DNA from: Hemiscyllium ocellatum
Taxonomy: Eukaryota
Direction: 5' to 3'
DNA: 64,000 bases
NCBI RefSeq assembly: GCF_020745735.1
Contig: NC_083417.1
Location: 75,702,001-75,766,000, forward strand
Each line of letters starts with the position of its first letter. Positions within the stretch are counted from its first letter, which is position 1. The notes beneath the pieces are model-generated. The model was not told the DNA's origin. It made no database searches and saw nothing but the letters and a program-made list of their open reading frames with translations. Positions 12,200 to 25,752 of this stretch are shown one piece after another. A program made the translations under genes and the position numbers.

Positions 12200-15100
12200 T
12201 CATCTAGCATTTGATGAGATCAATAGTGGGCACAAGATTCCAAGGACGACCGATTACGAAAATCACTGCGGCCATTCCCCTCAATAATAAGTATACCATT
12301 TTGTTTACTGTTGGAGGGTGGGAGGTGGGACTTACCAAGGGAAAGCAGTGGGAGACAGGGCTCTGGCATATAGTCTGACCCTGCTGCTCAGAAGGAAATG
12401 GGGAAGAGAAGCAAGAAGTATTCTGTGGGGACTCCATCGTTAGGGGGACAGATAGCAGGTTCTGTGGGGACGAGAGAGACTCATAGTCGTGCTGCCTCCT
12501 TGGTGCCAGAGTTCATGATGTCCCTGATCGTGTTTTTGGGATCCTTAATGGGGAGGGGGAGCAACCCCAATTCATGGTCCACATAGGCACCAACGACATA
12601 GGTAGGAAAAGAGATGGGGATTTAAGGCAGAAATTCAGGGAGCTAGGATCGACACTTAGAGCTAGGATTGTTGTTCTGCCGCATGCTAGTGAGGCGAGGA
12701 ATAGGGAGAGAAAGGAATTGAATACGTGTCTACAGGGATGGTATAGGAGGGAGGGTTTTGGATTCTTGGATCTTGCGGCTCTTTCTCTGTTAGTTGAGAC
12801 CTCCATAAGCAGGATAGTCTTCATCTGAATCAAAGGAGCAGCAATATCCTGGGTGGGAATTTTGCTAAGGGCTATTGGGGTGGGTTTAAACTGGCAGGTA
12901 GAATGGAAACAAAATTGAAGTTCAAGTACAGAAAAGGTTGAGAGTAAGCAGCTCCATAATCAAGTTTCAGGGACACAACATGGCACCGGCAAGCAAGAAG
13001 TTGGTTTGAAGTTTGTCTAATTCAATGCCGGGGCATCCGGAATAAGGTGGGTAAACTTGCAGCATGGGTTGGTACCTGAGACTTCGATGTTGTGGCCATT
13101 TCAGTGACATGGATAGAGCAGGGACAGGAATGCTTGTTGCAAGTTCCAGGATTTAGATGTTTCAGTAAGAACAGAGAAGATGAGAAAAGAGGGGGAGGTG
13201 TGGCATTGTTGGTCAAGGTCAGTGTTACAGTTACAGAAAGGATGTTTGGAGACTCGTCAACTGTGGTAGTATAGGCTGAGGTTAGAAACAGGAAAGAAGA
13301 GGTCACCCTGTTGGAAGTTTTCTGCAGTCCTCCAAATAGTTCCAGAGATGTAGTGGAAAAGATAGCAAAGATAGGAATGAGAGAGACAGGGTAGTTGTCA
13401 TGGGGGACTTCAACGTTCAAAATATTGACTGGGAACAATATAGTATGAGTACTACAGATGGGTCAGTTTTTGTCCAGTGTGCAGGAGAGCTTCCTGACGC
13501 AGTATGTAGACAGGCCAACAAGGGATGAAGCCACATTAGATTTGGTACTGGGTATTGAGCCTGGCCAGGTGTTAGATTTGGAAGTTGGTGAGCAATTTGA
13601 TGATAGCGATCACAATTCTGTTATGTTTACTTTAGTGATAAAAAGGGGTAGGTGTATACCACTGGGCAAGAGTTACAGCTGGGGTAAAATAAATTACGAT
13701 GCGATCAGACAAGATTTAGGAAGCATCGTATGGGGAAGAAACTTCAGGGATGGGCACATAAGAAATGTGGAGCTTATTCAAGGAAAAGCTCCTGTGTGTC
13801 CTACATAAGTATGTACCTGTCAGGCAGGGAGGAAGCTGTAGAGCGCAGGAGCCATGGTTTATGAAACAAGTGGAATCTGTGGTCAAGAGGAAGAAGAAGG
13901 CTTATGTTAGGATGAGATGTGAAGGCTCGGTTAGGGTGTTTGAGGGTTACAAGGTAGCCAGGAAAGACCTAAAGAGAGAGATCAGAAGAGCCAGCAGGAG
14001 CATGAGAAGTTTTTGGCGTACAGGATCAGGGTAAGCCCCAAGGCTTTCTATAGGTATTTAAGGAATAAAATAATAATGAGAGTAAGATTAATGTTGTCGA
14101 GGAGAATACTGAGATATAGGTAAGACTGAGGTTCACAAGGAAGAGATATTAGAAATTCTGCAGAGTGTGAGAATAGATAAGTCCCCTGGACCGAATGGGG
14201 TTTATCATAGGATCAGTTGGGCAGCCAAGGAGGAGGTTGCCGAGCCTTTGACATTGATTTTTAAATCGTCATTTTCTACAGGAATAGAGCCAGAAAACTG
14301 GAGGACAACAAATGTGTTCCCCTGTTCAAGAAGGGGAGTAGAGACAACCAGGTAATTATAGAGCAGTGAGCCTTACTTCAGTTGTTGGTAAAGTGTTGGA
14401 ACAGGTTATAAGAAATTGGATAATCATCTAGAGAAGAATAATTTGATTAGGGATAGTCAGCACGGTTTTGTGAAGGGTAGGTCGTGCCTCAAAAAACCTT
14501 ATTGAGTTCTTTAAGAAGGTGGCCAAACAGGGAGATGGGAGTAAACCGGTTGATGCGTTGTGTCTGGGTTTCAGCAAGGTGTTCGATAAAATTTTCCACA
14601 ATAGGCTATTGTACAAAATGCAGAGGAATGGGATTTTGGAAGATATAGCAGTTTGGATCAGTACTTGGCTTGCTGTTTGAAGACAGAGGGTGGTGTTTGA
14701 TGGGAAGTATTCATTCTGGAGTCCATTACTAGTGGTGTACCGCAAGGGTTGGTGTTGGTCCACTGCTGTTCGTCATCTTTATAAACCACCTGGATGAGGG
14801 CGTAGAAGGGTGGGTTAGTAAATTTCCAGATGACACTAAGGTCGATGGATTTGTGGACAGTGACGAAGGATGTTGTACGCTACAGAGAGACATAGATAAG
14901 CTGCAGTGCTGGGCTGAGATGAGGCAAATGGAGTTTAATGCGGACAAGTGTGAGGTGATTCACTTTGGTCGGATTAACCAGAATGCAAAGTATTGGGTTA
15001 ATGATAAGATTCTTGGTAGTGTAGATGAGCAGAGAGATCTCGGTGTCCAGTTACATAGATCCTTGAAAGTTGCCATCCCGGTTGACAAGGTTCTTAAGAA

Positions 15101-15725
15101 GGCATACAGTGCTTTAACTTTTATTAACAGAGGGATCGAGTTCCGACCCATGAGCTTATGCTACAGCTGTACAAAACTCTGGTGCGGCCGCACTTGGAGT
15201 ATTGTGTACAGTTATGGTCACCGCATTATAAGAAGGATGTGGAAGCTTTGAAAAGGGTGCAGAGGAGATTTATTAGGATGTTGCCTGGTATGGAGGGAAG
15301 GTCTTATAAAGAAAGGCTGAGGGACTTGAGACTGTTTTCGTTGGAGAGAAGAAGGTTGCGAGGTGACTTAATAGAGACAGATAAGATAATCAGAGGGTTA
15401 AATAGGGTGGACAGGGAGAGCTTTTTTCCAAGTGTGGTTAAGGTTAGCACGAGGGTGAATAGCTTTAAATTGAGGGATGATAGATATAGGACAGATGTCA
15501 GAGATTGTTTCTTTACTCAAAGAGTAATAAGGGTTCGGAATGCTTTGCCTGAAACGGTAGTAGATTAGCCAACTTTCATAACATTTAAGTCGTCATTAGA
15601 CAAGCAAATGGGCGTACATGGAATAGTGTAGGTTAGATGGGCTTCAGATGGTATGACAGATCAGCGCAACATCGAGGGCCGAAGAGCCTGTACTGCGCTG
15701 TAATGTTCTATCTTCTATGTTCTCT
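12200..15725 (+). mobile_element. Near full-length decayed CR1 LINE: esterase-type ORF1, APE endonuclease, RT, tail
   Basis: VHIGTND (SGNH esterase block) at about 12.58 kb, GDFN and TLDLVL...SDHN endonuclease motifs at 13.4-13.62 kb, RT motifs at 14.4-15.3 kb, and a ttctatcttctatg tail. Many stops and frameshifts, plus an internal deletion near 14.1 kb. Confidence 0.93.
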
Positions 15726-16479
15726 TAACTTATAATTAGTAGTCTTGTCGTGTTTGTTTCTTTTGTTTCAAGTTGTTAAATATCCATGACTTTCCCTTTC
15801 TTCTCACTATTTCAAGGTTTTGTTTATGTGTCGTGCCAATGAAGTGATTGAACCATCGTTCTGATTCATTCAATTTCCAGACAAATGATGAAGGAACTAA
15901 TGAAACCAGCAACATTTCTGAAAATATCTTCATAACTGAAGCTTCCAGTACAAGCAACATGCTGAAAAATCTCCTTTGCACTCTATCTGGTGCCAACGCG
16001 TAGGCTTCTGATTAACATGTTGAAAGTTGGATTTCGGAACTGCCCGCAGTATTCGAGCTGTTTCTTATCCGAAATTTTATGCAGTCGGAGCGTAACCCCT
16101 TGCTCTTAAACTTTTCCCTTGACTGATAAAGGCAAGGAAAGCATATGCCTTCTTAATCGTTTTACCCACCTGTCCTGATACCTTAAATGACTGGTGGGCA
16201 TATATATGAATGACCTTGGGTCCTATTTTTCATCACGTATTTTCTTGCTTCATTTTTCCTCCCCAACTGCATTTACCCATCTTGAAATTCCATTTGCCAC
16301 CGATTTACCCATCTGACATGCTCATCTGTATCCGGTTCTCATTTAAAGCCATCCTCCTCAATATGTATCACTCCACCAACTCTAATATCGTGTGAGAATT
16401 GTCTGATCAACTCTTCTAATTCAAGTCTACTTGTGAAACCAATCGAAAACTCATGTGACCGACACTATTCCATTATCAT

Positions 16480-17010
16480 CCATATGTTTATCCAATTACC
16501 TGTTGCAGGCAGGGCATTCCATGCCTTTACTATTCTCTGAGTAAAGAGCCTACCTCTGACATCTGCCCTATAACTATCACACCTCAACTTAAAAACTATG
16601 CGCCCTTGTGCTTGCCAACACCATCCAAGGAAAACACTTTCATTGTCACCCTACCTAATCCTCTGATCATCCCGTATACCTTTATTATGTCGCTACTCAA
16701 TCTTCTTCTCTCTAGCAAAACCAGTGTCAATTCCATCAGACTTTCATCATCGTGCCTTCCCTCCATTCCAGGCAACATCCTGGTAAAACCCCTCTGCATC
16801 CTTTTCAATGTTTCCACATCCTTCCTATAATGTGGCGACTAAAGCTGTACGCAATGTTCCAAGTGCAGTCGCACAAGAGTTTTCTGCGGCTGCAATGTTA
16901 CCTCATGGCTTCGAAACTCAATCTCTCTACCAATAAAAGTTGACACACCGTATGCCTGATTATAAACCCTATCAACCAGGTGGAAACATTCAGGGATCTA
17001 TGGACATGGA
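16480..17010 (-). mobile_element. CR1 3' fragment
   Basis: RMQRGFTRMLPGMEGR motif (ORF 16596-16817). Confidence 0.85.
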
Positions 17011-17288
17011 CACATCTTTGAAAATTTCAATCAGATTGGTAAAAATTTACAAAACCAAGCAGATTGTTCTTGATTAATCGCTGTCCCTCCTGTTGAGATT
17101 AATCCTTTCACTGAGAATGGAGCCCATTAGTTTTCCCACGCGAAGGTTAGACTGACATGTCTGTAGTTTCTCAGTTTGCTCCTTTCTTGAGTAATCGTGG
17201 AGTAAATTACTGCAGACGCTGGAATCTGTACTGAAAACAAAAAATGCTGGCAATCACAGCGCCTCAGGGTGCATCCATGAATAGAGAG

Positions 17289-17329
17289 CAGCTAACGTTT
17301 CGAGTTTTGTTGACTCTTCATCAGAGCTG
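17289..17329 (-). ncRNA. Minimal type-I hammerhead ribozyme motif, intact core
   Basis: CAGCU-CUGAUGA-A-GAGU(CAACAAA)ACUC-GAAAC-GUU^AGCUG: perfect 5-bp stem I, 4-bp stem II and palindromic ACGU stem III. Confidence 0.75.
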
Positions 17330-17536
17330 GTGTGAAGTGTGGAGGAGACAGCATTTGTGCAATATTGAGGGGAGTGAGGATGGAGTTCTGGGCAGAAAGA
17401 ATGTTGATAGTGCAGGTTAAGTGTTAGGAATATCAGAACAATGGTGTATCTAACTTCCAAAGTGGATAGAACAGACAATCTCTTTGTAGTGGGGGGAGTG
17501 AAGAGAGGCAATGACAACTGAGAATGCAGCAAGAAA

Positions 17537-17875
17537 AGAATCATACAATCCCTACAGTATGGACACAGCCAATTTGGCCCAGCAAGCCCCCAAAGAGTAA
17601 CCCACACAGACCCATTTCCTTCCCCTATTATTCTGCATTTATCTCTGAATAATGCACCACACCTACGTATCCCTGAACACTATGGGCAATTTAGCACAGC
17701 CAATTCAGCTAACCTGCTCATCTTTGGGTTTTAGGAGGAAAAGGAAGCTCCCAGAGGAAACACACACAAATATGGGGAGAATGTGCAAACTCCATACAGT
17801 CACCCGAAGCTGGAATCGAACTTGGGACCCTGGTGCTATGAGGCAGCAGTGCTAAATACTGGGCAACAGTACCAC
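17537..17875 (-). mobile_element. HE1-type V-SINE
   Basis: tRNA-like head with B-box-like GGTTCGATTCC (gggtcccaagttcgattcc), conserved core and CR1-derived tail. Confidence 0.85.
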
Positions 17876-18844
17876 CCCAATTAAAGGAGAGGGAAGGAAT
17901 GGGAGTGGGTTCATGATCAGGTGTTAAATTCAATAATAAGTCCAGAAGGTTGTAAAGTGCCTAGTCTGAAGATGAGATGTTGTCCCTCCAGTTTGCATTG
18001 TGAGTTGCTGGAGCATTATAGTCTGCCAGCGACAGAAAAGTAAGCATGCAAGGGGAGTGGTACAGGATGGTCAAGGCCATACTTGCGCACGACGTACTTC
18101 AAAGCTGTCACCCAGTCTGCTTTTAGTGTGCCCAATGTAGTGTACGCTATATTGTGTACAGTGAATGCGATTGACCAGATTGCAGGAGCTATAGGTGAAA
18201 TGCTGCTTCACCTGGAAAGACTGGTTAGGCACTTGAATTATGACCAGGGAGGAGGTAAAGGGACAGCTGTTGCACGTTTGGTGGTTACATAGGAAGGTAA
18301 AAACAATGACTGCAGAGTGGTGTAGGAAAAGCACAGTGGTTCAGGCAGCATCCGAGGAGCAGGAAAATCGATGTTTCGGGCAAAAACCCTTCATCAGATT
18401 ACACGGGAAGGTGCTGTGGAAAGGGGGTGGTATTGTTGTTGGTAGAGGGAAGGGCGAAGGTGTCCTGGAATAAATATTTGCTGTGAAATGCACATGGGGG
18501 AATGAAGGGTGGTGACATTCTGCTGGAGTTGTCTGAAATTGCAGACGATGATCCTTTAAATGTGGAGGCTGGTGGGATGAAAAGTGAGATCGGGGGCGGG
18601 GGGGGGGTGTCAATCACATTGTTCTGAAGGATAGAAAGGGGCAACGTTGGAAGCAATTGTGAAATGTCAGATGTGGCTGGGTGCCCTGTCATAGAGTCAA
18701 AGTGTCATAGAGAAGAACAGCATGGAAACAGAACCTTCTGTCCAACCTGTTCATACCGACCAGATATCCCAACTCAATCGAGGCCCACCTGCAAGCACCC
18801 GGCCCCTATCACTCCAAACCCTACATACTCATATACCCAGAGCT

Positions 18845-19350
18845 GGAAATGTTTTGCTGGAAAAGCGCAGCAGGTCAGGCAGCATCCAAGGAGCAGGTGA
18901 ATCGACGTTTCGGGCATGATCCCTTCTTCAGGATGAGTGTGTCCTGCAGTCTAAGATAAAAAGGTCGGGAGGAGGCACTTGGGGGAGGGGCGTTGGAAAT
19001 GCAATAGTTGGAAGGAGGTCAAGGTGAGGGTGATAGGCCGGAGTGGGGGTGGGGGCGGAGAAGTCAGGAAGAAGACTGTACGTGAGGAAGACGGTGCTGA
19101 GTTCGAGGGTTGGGTTGCAGTAAATGATGTGTGTGGAGGTGCAGGTGGATTTGTGATGGATATGGACGGATCCCTTGGGCCCTTGGAGGGAAGTAAGGGG
19201 GAAGTGTGGGCACATGTTTTGCATTTCTTGCGGTTGCAGGGGAAGGTGCCAGGAGTGGAGGTTGGGTTGGTGGGGTGTGTGGACCTGACGAGAGAGTCAC
19301 GGAGGGAGTGGTCTTTTCGGAACGCTGATAAGGGAGCAGAGGGAAATATA
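18845..19350 (-). mobile_element. PLE 3' end (GIY-YIG fragment plus pseudo-LTR with an intact hammerhead core at about 18898-18935)
   Basis: KSTCTSTHIIYC motif, and CUGAAGA-A-GGGAUCAUGCCC-GAAAC-GUC^GAU on the minus strand. Same family as the 29-32.5 kb element. Confidence 0.85.
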
Positions 19351-19354
19351 TGAG

Positions 19355-20900
19355 CAGGTTGTTGCTGCGTAGGTGTTGCTTGATAGCATTATTGATGAGC
19401 CCTTCCATCACTTTACTGGTGATGGAGAATAGACTGATTGGGTGGTCATTGGCCAGATTGGATTTGTCCTGCTTTTTGTGTGCAGGACATACGTGGCAAT
19501 TTTCCACATTGTCGGATAGATTCTAGTGTTGTACCTGTACTGGAAGAGCTTGGCTAGGGAAGTGGCATGTTCTGGAGCACATGTCTTCAGTATTGTTGCC
19601 GGATGATATCAGGGCTCCTTGTCTTTGCAGTATGCATTACCTCCAGCCATTTCTTGATATCACATTGAGTGAATCGAATTGGCTGGAGATCGATGTCTGA
19701 GATGCTGGGAACAACTGGACGAGTCCGAGATAGATCATCTACTTGGCATTTCTGACTGAACATTGCTGCAAATGCATCAGTTTTATCTTTTGCACAGATA
19801 TGGTGAGCTCCTCCAACATCGAGGATGGGGCTATTTGTGCAGACTCCTCCTGCAATGAGTTGTTTATTTATCCACCACAATTCATCCTCTACACTCACCA
19901 TTGTACGTCGAAGGCCTGCAGAGCTTAGATTTGATCTATTGATTATGGGCTTGTTTAGCTCTGTATATCACTTGCTGTTTATGCAGTTTGGAATGCAACT
20001 CGTCCAGTTTGGTAACTTCACCTCATTTTCAGGTATGACTGATGTTGCTCCTGGAATGCCCTACTGCAAACTCCATTGAACCAGGGTTGATCTCCTGGCT
20101 TGATGGTAAAGGTTGAGTGAGGTATTTGCCAGGCCATGAGATTGCAGATAGTGCTGGAGTACAGTTCTGCTGCTGTTGATGGCCCACACTGCCTCATGGA
20201 TGCCCAGTCTTGAGCTGCTAGATTGGTTCAAAGTCTGTCCCATTTAGCATGGTGACAGTGTCATGCAACATGATGGAGGTTATTCTCAATGTGAAGGTGG
20301 GACTTCATCTTCACAAAGACAGTACGTTGGTCAATTTTACCTATACTATCATGGACAGATCCTTCTGCAGCTGGCAGGTGACTAATGATGAGGACAAGTA
20401 AGTTTTTTTTCCTCTTGTTGGTAACTTCACCAGTGCTGCAGAAACAGTCTAGGCATGATGTCCTTTAGAGCCCGAACAGCTTGATCAGTAATGCTGCTGC
20501 CAAACCACTCTTTGTGGTGGACATTGACTTCCCCCATCCAGAGTACATTTTTGCACTTGCCGCCCTCAGTGCTTCCTCCAAGTGTTGTTCAATATGGAGG
20601 AGTACTGATTCATCAGCCAAAAGACGACCGTACATGGTAACCAGTAAGAGGTTACCTTGCCCATGTTTAACCTGAAGCTATGAAACTGAATGGGGTCCAG
20701 AGTCAAGGGTTCCCAGCACAACTCCCTACCAATAGTATTCCAACATCTCTGTTGGATCTGTAGGACAGGACATAATTAGCGATCATAATGGTGGTGTCTG
20801 GGGTGTTATCTCTAGGGTATGATTCCATGAGTATGACTATGTCAGAGTCTTGTTTAACTAGTCTGTGAGACAGATCTCCCAATTAAAGCACGGGGTACCA
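19355..20900 (-). mobile_element. Degenerate LINE of a second CR1/L2-group family (endonuclease-RT linker region)
   Basis: Fragments such as AAMFSQKCQVDD...QPIRFTQCDIKKWL...SPD and NLANDHPISLFSITSKVMEGLIN (RT N-terminal YRPISL-like motif). Confidence 0.7.
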
Positions 20901-21254
20901 GATATTGGAAAGAAGGATTTTGCAATAAGCCTTAATGATTATTTATTTTAAAACAGGTCATTAAATTTGCAATTTTATTAAAATTATCACAAATTCATAG
21001 GTTTTTAAAATATGATTTAAATTAAATGTTAACATTAAAGAAGTGTGGCAATGAAGAGAAAAAAATGCTTGAATACTTAATATTGAGGAACAATGATGTG
21101 GAGGTGCTGGTGTTTCATAGGACAAAGAATTTGCTGTAAAAGATCACAGTGTCATACACCTGATGCGATGCTTGTGTTTTAGCTGTTGTCTTTTGCCCTA
21201 TTTCAAGATTGGTTACCTGTCTGGTTTCATTTCTTTGTTGTGACTTTGCAGTGA

Positions 21255-21560
21255 TTGATACAACTGAGTGGTTTGCTATGTCATTTCAGAGGGCAGTTGT
21301 GAGTCAACCACATCGCTGTGGCTCTGGATTCACATACAGGTCAGACCAGGTGTTGATGGCACATTTCCTTCCCTAAGGAACATTAGTGAACCAAATGGGT
21401 TCTTTTTCCTGACAATGGTTTCATAGTCATCAGTCGACTCTAAATTCCAGACACTTTTCTTACTGAGTTCAAATTCCACCATTTGCTGTGGTGGGATGCG
21501 GACCCAGGTGCCCAGAATATTATTCTGCGTTTCTGGCTTAATAGTCACGTGATACTAGCA
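21255..21560 (-). mobile_element. Deu-domain SINE relic (SacSINE1/AmnSINE1-like)
   Basis: The minus strand reads ccatttggttcactaatgttccttagggaaggaaatgtgccatc (Deu core), preceded by a tRNA-like head. A weaker copy lies at about 39.2-39.4 kb. Confidence 0.6.
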
Positions 21561-21732
21561 CATGAACATGTCCTCCACTCAGCAGCTCCCTTTTTCAGTG
21601 CTGTAGTTCACATGTGATATGACTTTATGACTATTGCAAACTCTCAAAAATGTTAAATGCAAAAATTTTTTTGCAGGATTTCATGTACGACTACATTCTT
21701 TTTTCATACTGTCCATTAATATTGCTCCTCAA

Positions 21733-22500
21733 ACTTAAAGATCACACAACACCAGATTATCATATAACAGGTGTATTTGGAAGTACAAACTTTCGAAGCA
21801 TTGCTCCTTAGTCGGTTAACTAGTTGGACATGATCATTTGACACAGATTTAATTGTGAAAGATCAAGGTAACATACAACTGATGTAATGCATTGAACAAA
21901 ACTAGATTGATGTTAAATCTTTAATCACTTAGTATAGGGTTGTAGGATTCGATTGATTAAAATATGAATTCCAAAACTTCTTTCAAGTCACAGTCCCAAG
22001 ATAGCTTAAGATTTTATAAAAGAAAAGTTACATCTCAGGTCAAACAATGCAATAATGATGTGAGGTTAGAGTCTGCATCCCAAACGTGAGTCAGACTGGT
22101 TCTATTTCCATACTAGGAATTTATAAGATATCACATGGGCAGTCTGCCTACAGATTATGTGTATATTGAACAAATTAGGATGCACCTCAAATTATCTCTG
22201 GACTGTGACATGAAAGAAGTTTGGGAATTTACATATTAATCAATCAAAACCTGCATCCCCATTCTAAGTGAATAAGAACTTACCAACAATCTAAGTTTGC
22301 TCAATACATCACATCAGTTGTGTGACATTTTGATCTTTAACAATAAATTCTGCATCCTATGATCTTGTTGCATTAGCTACCTGACGAAGAAGCAGCGTTC
22401 CGAAAGGTTGTACTTCCAAACAAACCTGTTGGATTATAACCTGGTGTTGTGGCACTTTAAACTTCGTCCACCCCGGCCGAACACCAGCACCTCCACATCA
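21733..22500. mobile_element. Foldback PLE-derived element (AGCU family) with probable 11-bp TSD
   Basis: Inverted arms of about 230 bp. The right arm carries cctgacgaagaagcagcgttccgaaag. Flanks are ttgctcctcaa (21722-21732) and tcgttcctcaa (22501-22511). Confidence 0.7.
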
Positions 22501-24029
22501 TCGTTCCTCAAGATCAAACATTATTTTTTTTCTGTTTGTTATAATTTAATGTAAGTTCTGTTTTAAAACCTATGAATTTTTGATAACTTTAGTAAAATTG
22601 CAAATTTAAGGAACTGTTTTAAAATAAATAATCTTAAAGGCTTTTTCCATACAAGTAAATCTTGAAGTGGTCAAATTTTCATGTCATTGTGTAATGTTAT
22701 AAGAAAAAAATCTACGAGCAACCTGAGAGAGAAAAAAAATCAGTGAAGTGAGAATTACTTCAGAAAACGGGTTCTGGAAGCAAATGAATGAAACTAAAAC
22801 CACATTTACTGCAATTTTTACATCCTCGCAGAGGGTTGAACAAGCTGAAATTTGCTCAGGATCCATTTTAATTTTCATTTTGCAAGACATTCTTCAGCCA
22901 TCCTCAATGTTTCTAGCAATCCAATATTCATATTATACCAACTCTTCACTCGTGAGCTTCAATGAAAGTTCGTGGTCTGCAATTATTGTGTTTCAAGTGA
23001 AAGCATTTGAACTAGTCAACAATGCTAATTGTCAGAACAAGAATCACGAAGCATCCTAATATAAGACACCGAATCGAAGGAATGATGAACCTGTGGACTA
23101 AAATGGAACAGTTAGAAGAGTCATTAAACTATTATCGATATCACGCTCGAACACATTCTATGAAACTATTTAATTCACGATTAAATATTAAGGTTGAAAT
23201 CATTTTTTCCTTAAGTTAATAACTGCAAAACCATAAACATCGAAAATATAAACCTTGAATTCACAGAGTTAAAAGTTTATCTGTGTTCTCTGCCTTGTGC
23301 TCCTCATATTAAAGTAGAATAAATTGCACTATGAAATTTAAGAATACATCACAACTATTCCACATAAATTCAGCAAATTGCTCACAGATATTGCTCTATT
23401 TTCTATCGATCTAAGTAAAATATAACTCAAGCGTAAAATACCATGGCTCATTAATGTAATCTCCATCATACAACATCAATTTGTTAGTGTACTCATTGGA
23501 AGTTTTGATTTCACAAAGTGTAATATTTGCTTCAAAAATAGAAATTGCTGGAAAGGCTAAGAAAGCCTGGCAGCATCGTTGGAGAAAAATCAGAATTTAG
23601 GTTTTGGGTTCAGTGACCCTTCCTTGGTTCTGATTTCTCTCGCCTGATGTTGCTAGACATGCTAAACACTGTCTGCAGTTCTTTTGGTTTTTATGAAATA
23701 CCTGTTTGCTTGTTTTTGATACATCTCCTCATGAATTTGATCAATATGCCTGTTCCAGAATAATTGATTTTACACGGGGAATATTACGAAAATGCTTACA
23801 AGCAGATTCTAAATAGAATGCAAGAATTCAGTATTTGTATATTACCTGCATAATCCACTAAAATGTATTGTTTAATGACGGTTTTTAAAATTATTATTTA
23901 TTTTCTCTGCATCGATTTGGTTGAACATTTGAAGCATATTCCTTTCTTTTGAGTGGAGGTTGGGCTGAGAATTGATTTCAAAAGAACGTCGGGATAAAAG
24001 TGACAATTGTGTCAACTAAAATCCATCAG

Positions 24030-24240
24030 GTTGGAAGTCACACGACACCAGGTTACAGTCCAACAGGTTTATTTGAAATCACCATCTTTCGAAGCACCGC
24101 CCCTTCGCAAGTAACTGTGAAGGAGTAGGGTCGCCAAAGCTTGTAATTCCAATTAAGCTTGACGGATAGTAACCTGGTGTCATGTGACTTCTGACCTTGT
24201 CCACTTGGTCCATCATCGACACCTCCACATCAGAAAAGCC
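24030..24240. mobile_element. Short foldback PLE mini-element (AGCU family)
   Basis: cacgacaccaggttacagtccaacagg... and ...aacctggtgtcatgtgacttctgaccttgtcc... form inverted arms. Confidence 0.65.
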
Positions 24241-24464
24241 ACCATAAAGCGGTATAATTGTACGCCGTATGGTCAATGAAATAAAGGTGAATGATCAGGC
24301 TGGACTGGTGAAATCATATTGGTGGTAGAAATGAGTATTTTTAATAATGCTACGGTTGGCATCGTTTTGGATTCATGGATAATATTCAAACGCCAATGCT
24401 CCTTGAATTAATTGTATTTCCAAGGTGCTCAATGTTTTTGTCAGGCAAGCAAACAGTAAAAACC

Positions 24465-24850
24465 GATTTGGAGATGCCGGTGTTGGGCGGAGGTGTACAA
24501 AGTTAAAAATCTCACAACACCAGGTTATATTCCAACAGGTTTAATTGGAAGCACACTAGCTTTTGGAGTGTCGCTCCTTCTTCAGGGGGTAGTGGGGGGC
24601 TCAATCCTAACACACACAATTTATCGCAAAAATTTACAGTGTGATGTAACTGAAATTATGTATGGAAAAATTGATTGTCTGTTAAGACTTTCATCTGTTA
24701 GAATACCGTGATAGTTTCACTTCTATCATGTGTAAATCACAAAACCCTTTTTTAAAAAGTTGCATTCTCGGTTTAGCTGTTCACAATGGTGCTAGCTAGA
24801 CAATATGTTAAAGGTGTTCGCCCCGTGTGTTCTCTGTTTATGCCATGATG
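24465..24850 (-). mobile_element. PLE terminus (AGCU family), one arm
   Basis: Same terminus as at 8.64 and 21.74 kb. The minus strand reads CUGAAGA-A-GGAGCGACACUCC-AAAAGCUA. Confidence 0.65.
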
Positions 24851-25506
24851 ATCGATTGATTTTAATCCAAATGAAATTTAGGAACATAGAACATAAATGA
24901 AATTGTTCTTTATACGGCATCGAATTTGTGAGCAACGAATGCCAACCAAGAATGTTAGTTTATCATATTCAGGTAGCTGACATTTTGTCTTCTGTGGAGT
25001 TTGTGGATCTAAGAATGACTGCATGGTAGGCACGTTTTGTCACCCTAGCTTTTAATTTGTCACAACTTTAGTTCCTGGGATTCCAAATGTGCTTTAAAAA
25101 GTATGTAACAATCTCTTTGGGTGTGTTGTGAAAAGCCCGTTTCGTCAGCGCACCCACAGACTATACTCTTAACTCAATATTGAGCAATATATTTACAAAT
25201 GGCAATTTCCTATTGGGTCCTTCAGGATTCTCACTGATGATAAGATCTTCACTGAATTACATTGTCTTGAATATCATGGGTGAAATTTCGATGTTCATGG
25301 TTGAAGTAATATACAGTGATGACCGTGTAGTGGTCAATTGTGCGGCGTGCTGGAGCTGATGTTAAAGCCACACGCAGGTGGACCCTTAAAATTATAAAAC
25401 CCACGTGCTGTTAATCGCAAATTGTGGATGAACTGCATATTTTGGCGAAACAACTGGGAGAGGCAATAAATTCTACAGGCATTATTCTGAAGCAAATAGG
25501 GTAGAA

Positions 25507-25752
25507 CCTCGGACAACTGTCTGTGTGGAGTTTGCACATTCTCCCCGTGTCTCCGTGTGTTTTCCCCGAGTGGTCCGGTTTGCTTGCACAGTCAAAACAT
25601 GTCCAAGTTAAGTTAATTGGCCATGCTAAATTGCCCCTAGTGTTAGGTGCATTAGTCAGAGGGAAATGGGTCCGGGTGGGTTACTCTTCGGAGGGTCGGT
25701 GTGGACTGGGTGAGCTGAAAGGTCTGTTTCCACAATGGAGGGAATGTAGTCT
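25507..25752 (+). mobile_element. HE1-type V-SINE, 5'-truncated
   Basis: Core ctgtctgtgtggagtttgcacattctccccgtgtct plus tail. Confidence 0.85.

Larger units (their letters stand above)
17205..18690 (-). mobile_element. PLE relics (GIY-YIG end and pseudo-LTR), interrupted by a SINE
   Basis: FTYSSCNLVNRIHCTQYSVHYIGHTK (GIY-YIG N-terminal motif) in ORF 18071-18334. Pseudo-LTR with hammerhead at about 17.3 kb. Confidence 0.75.
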
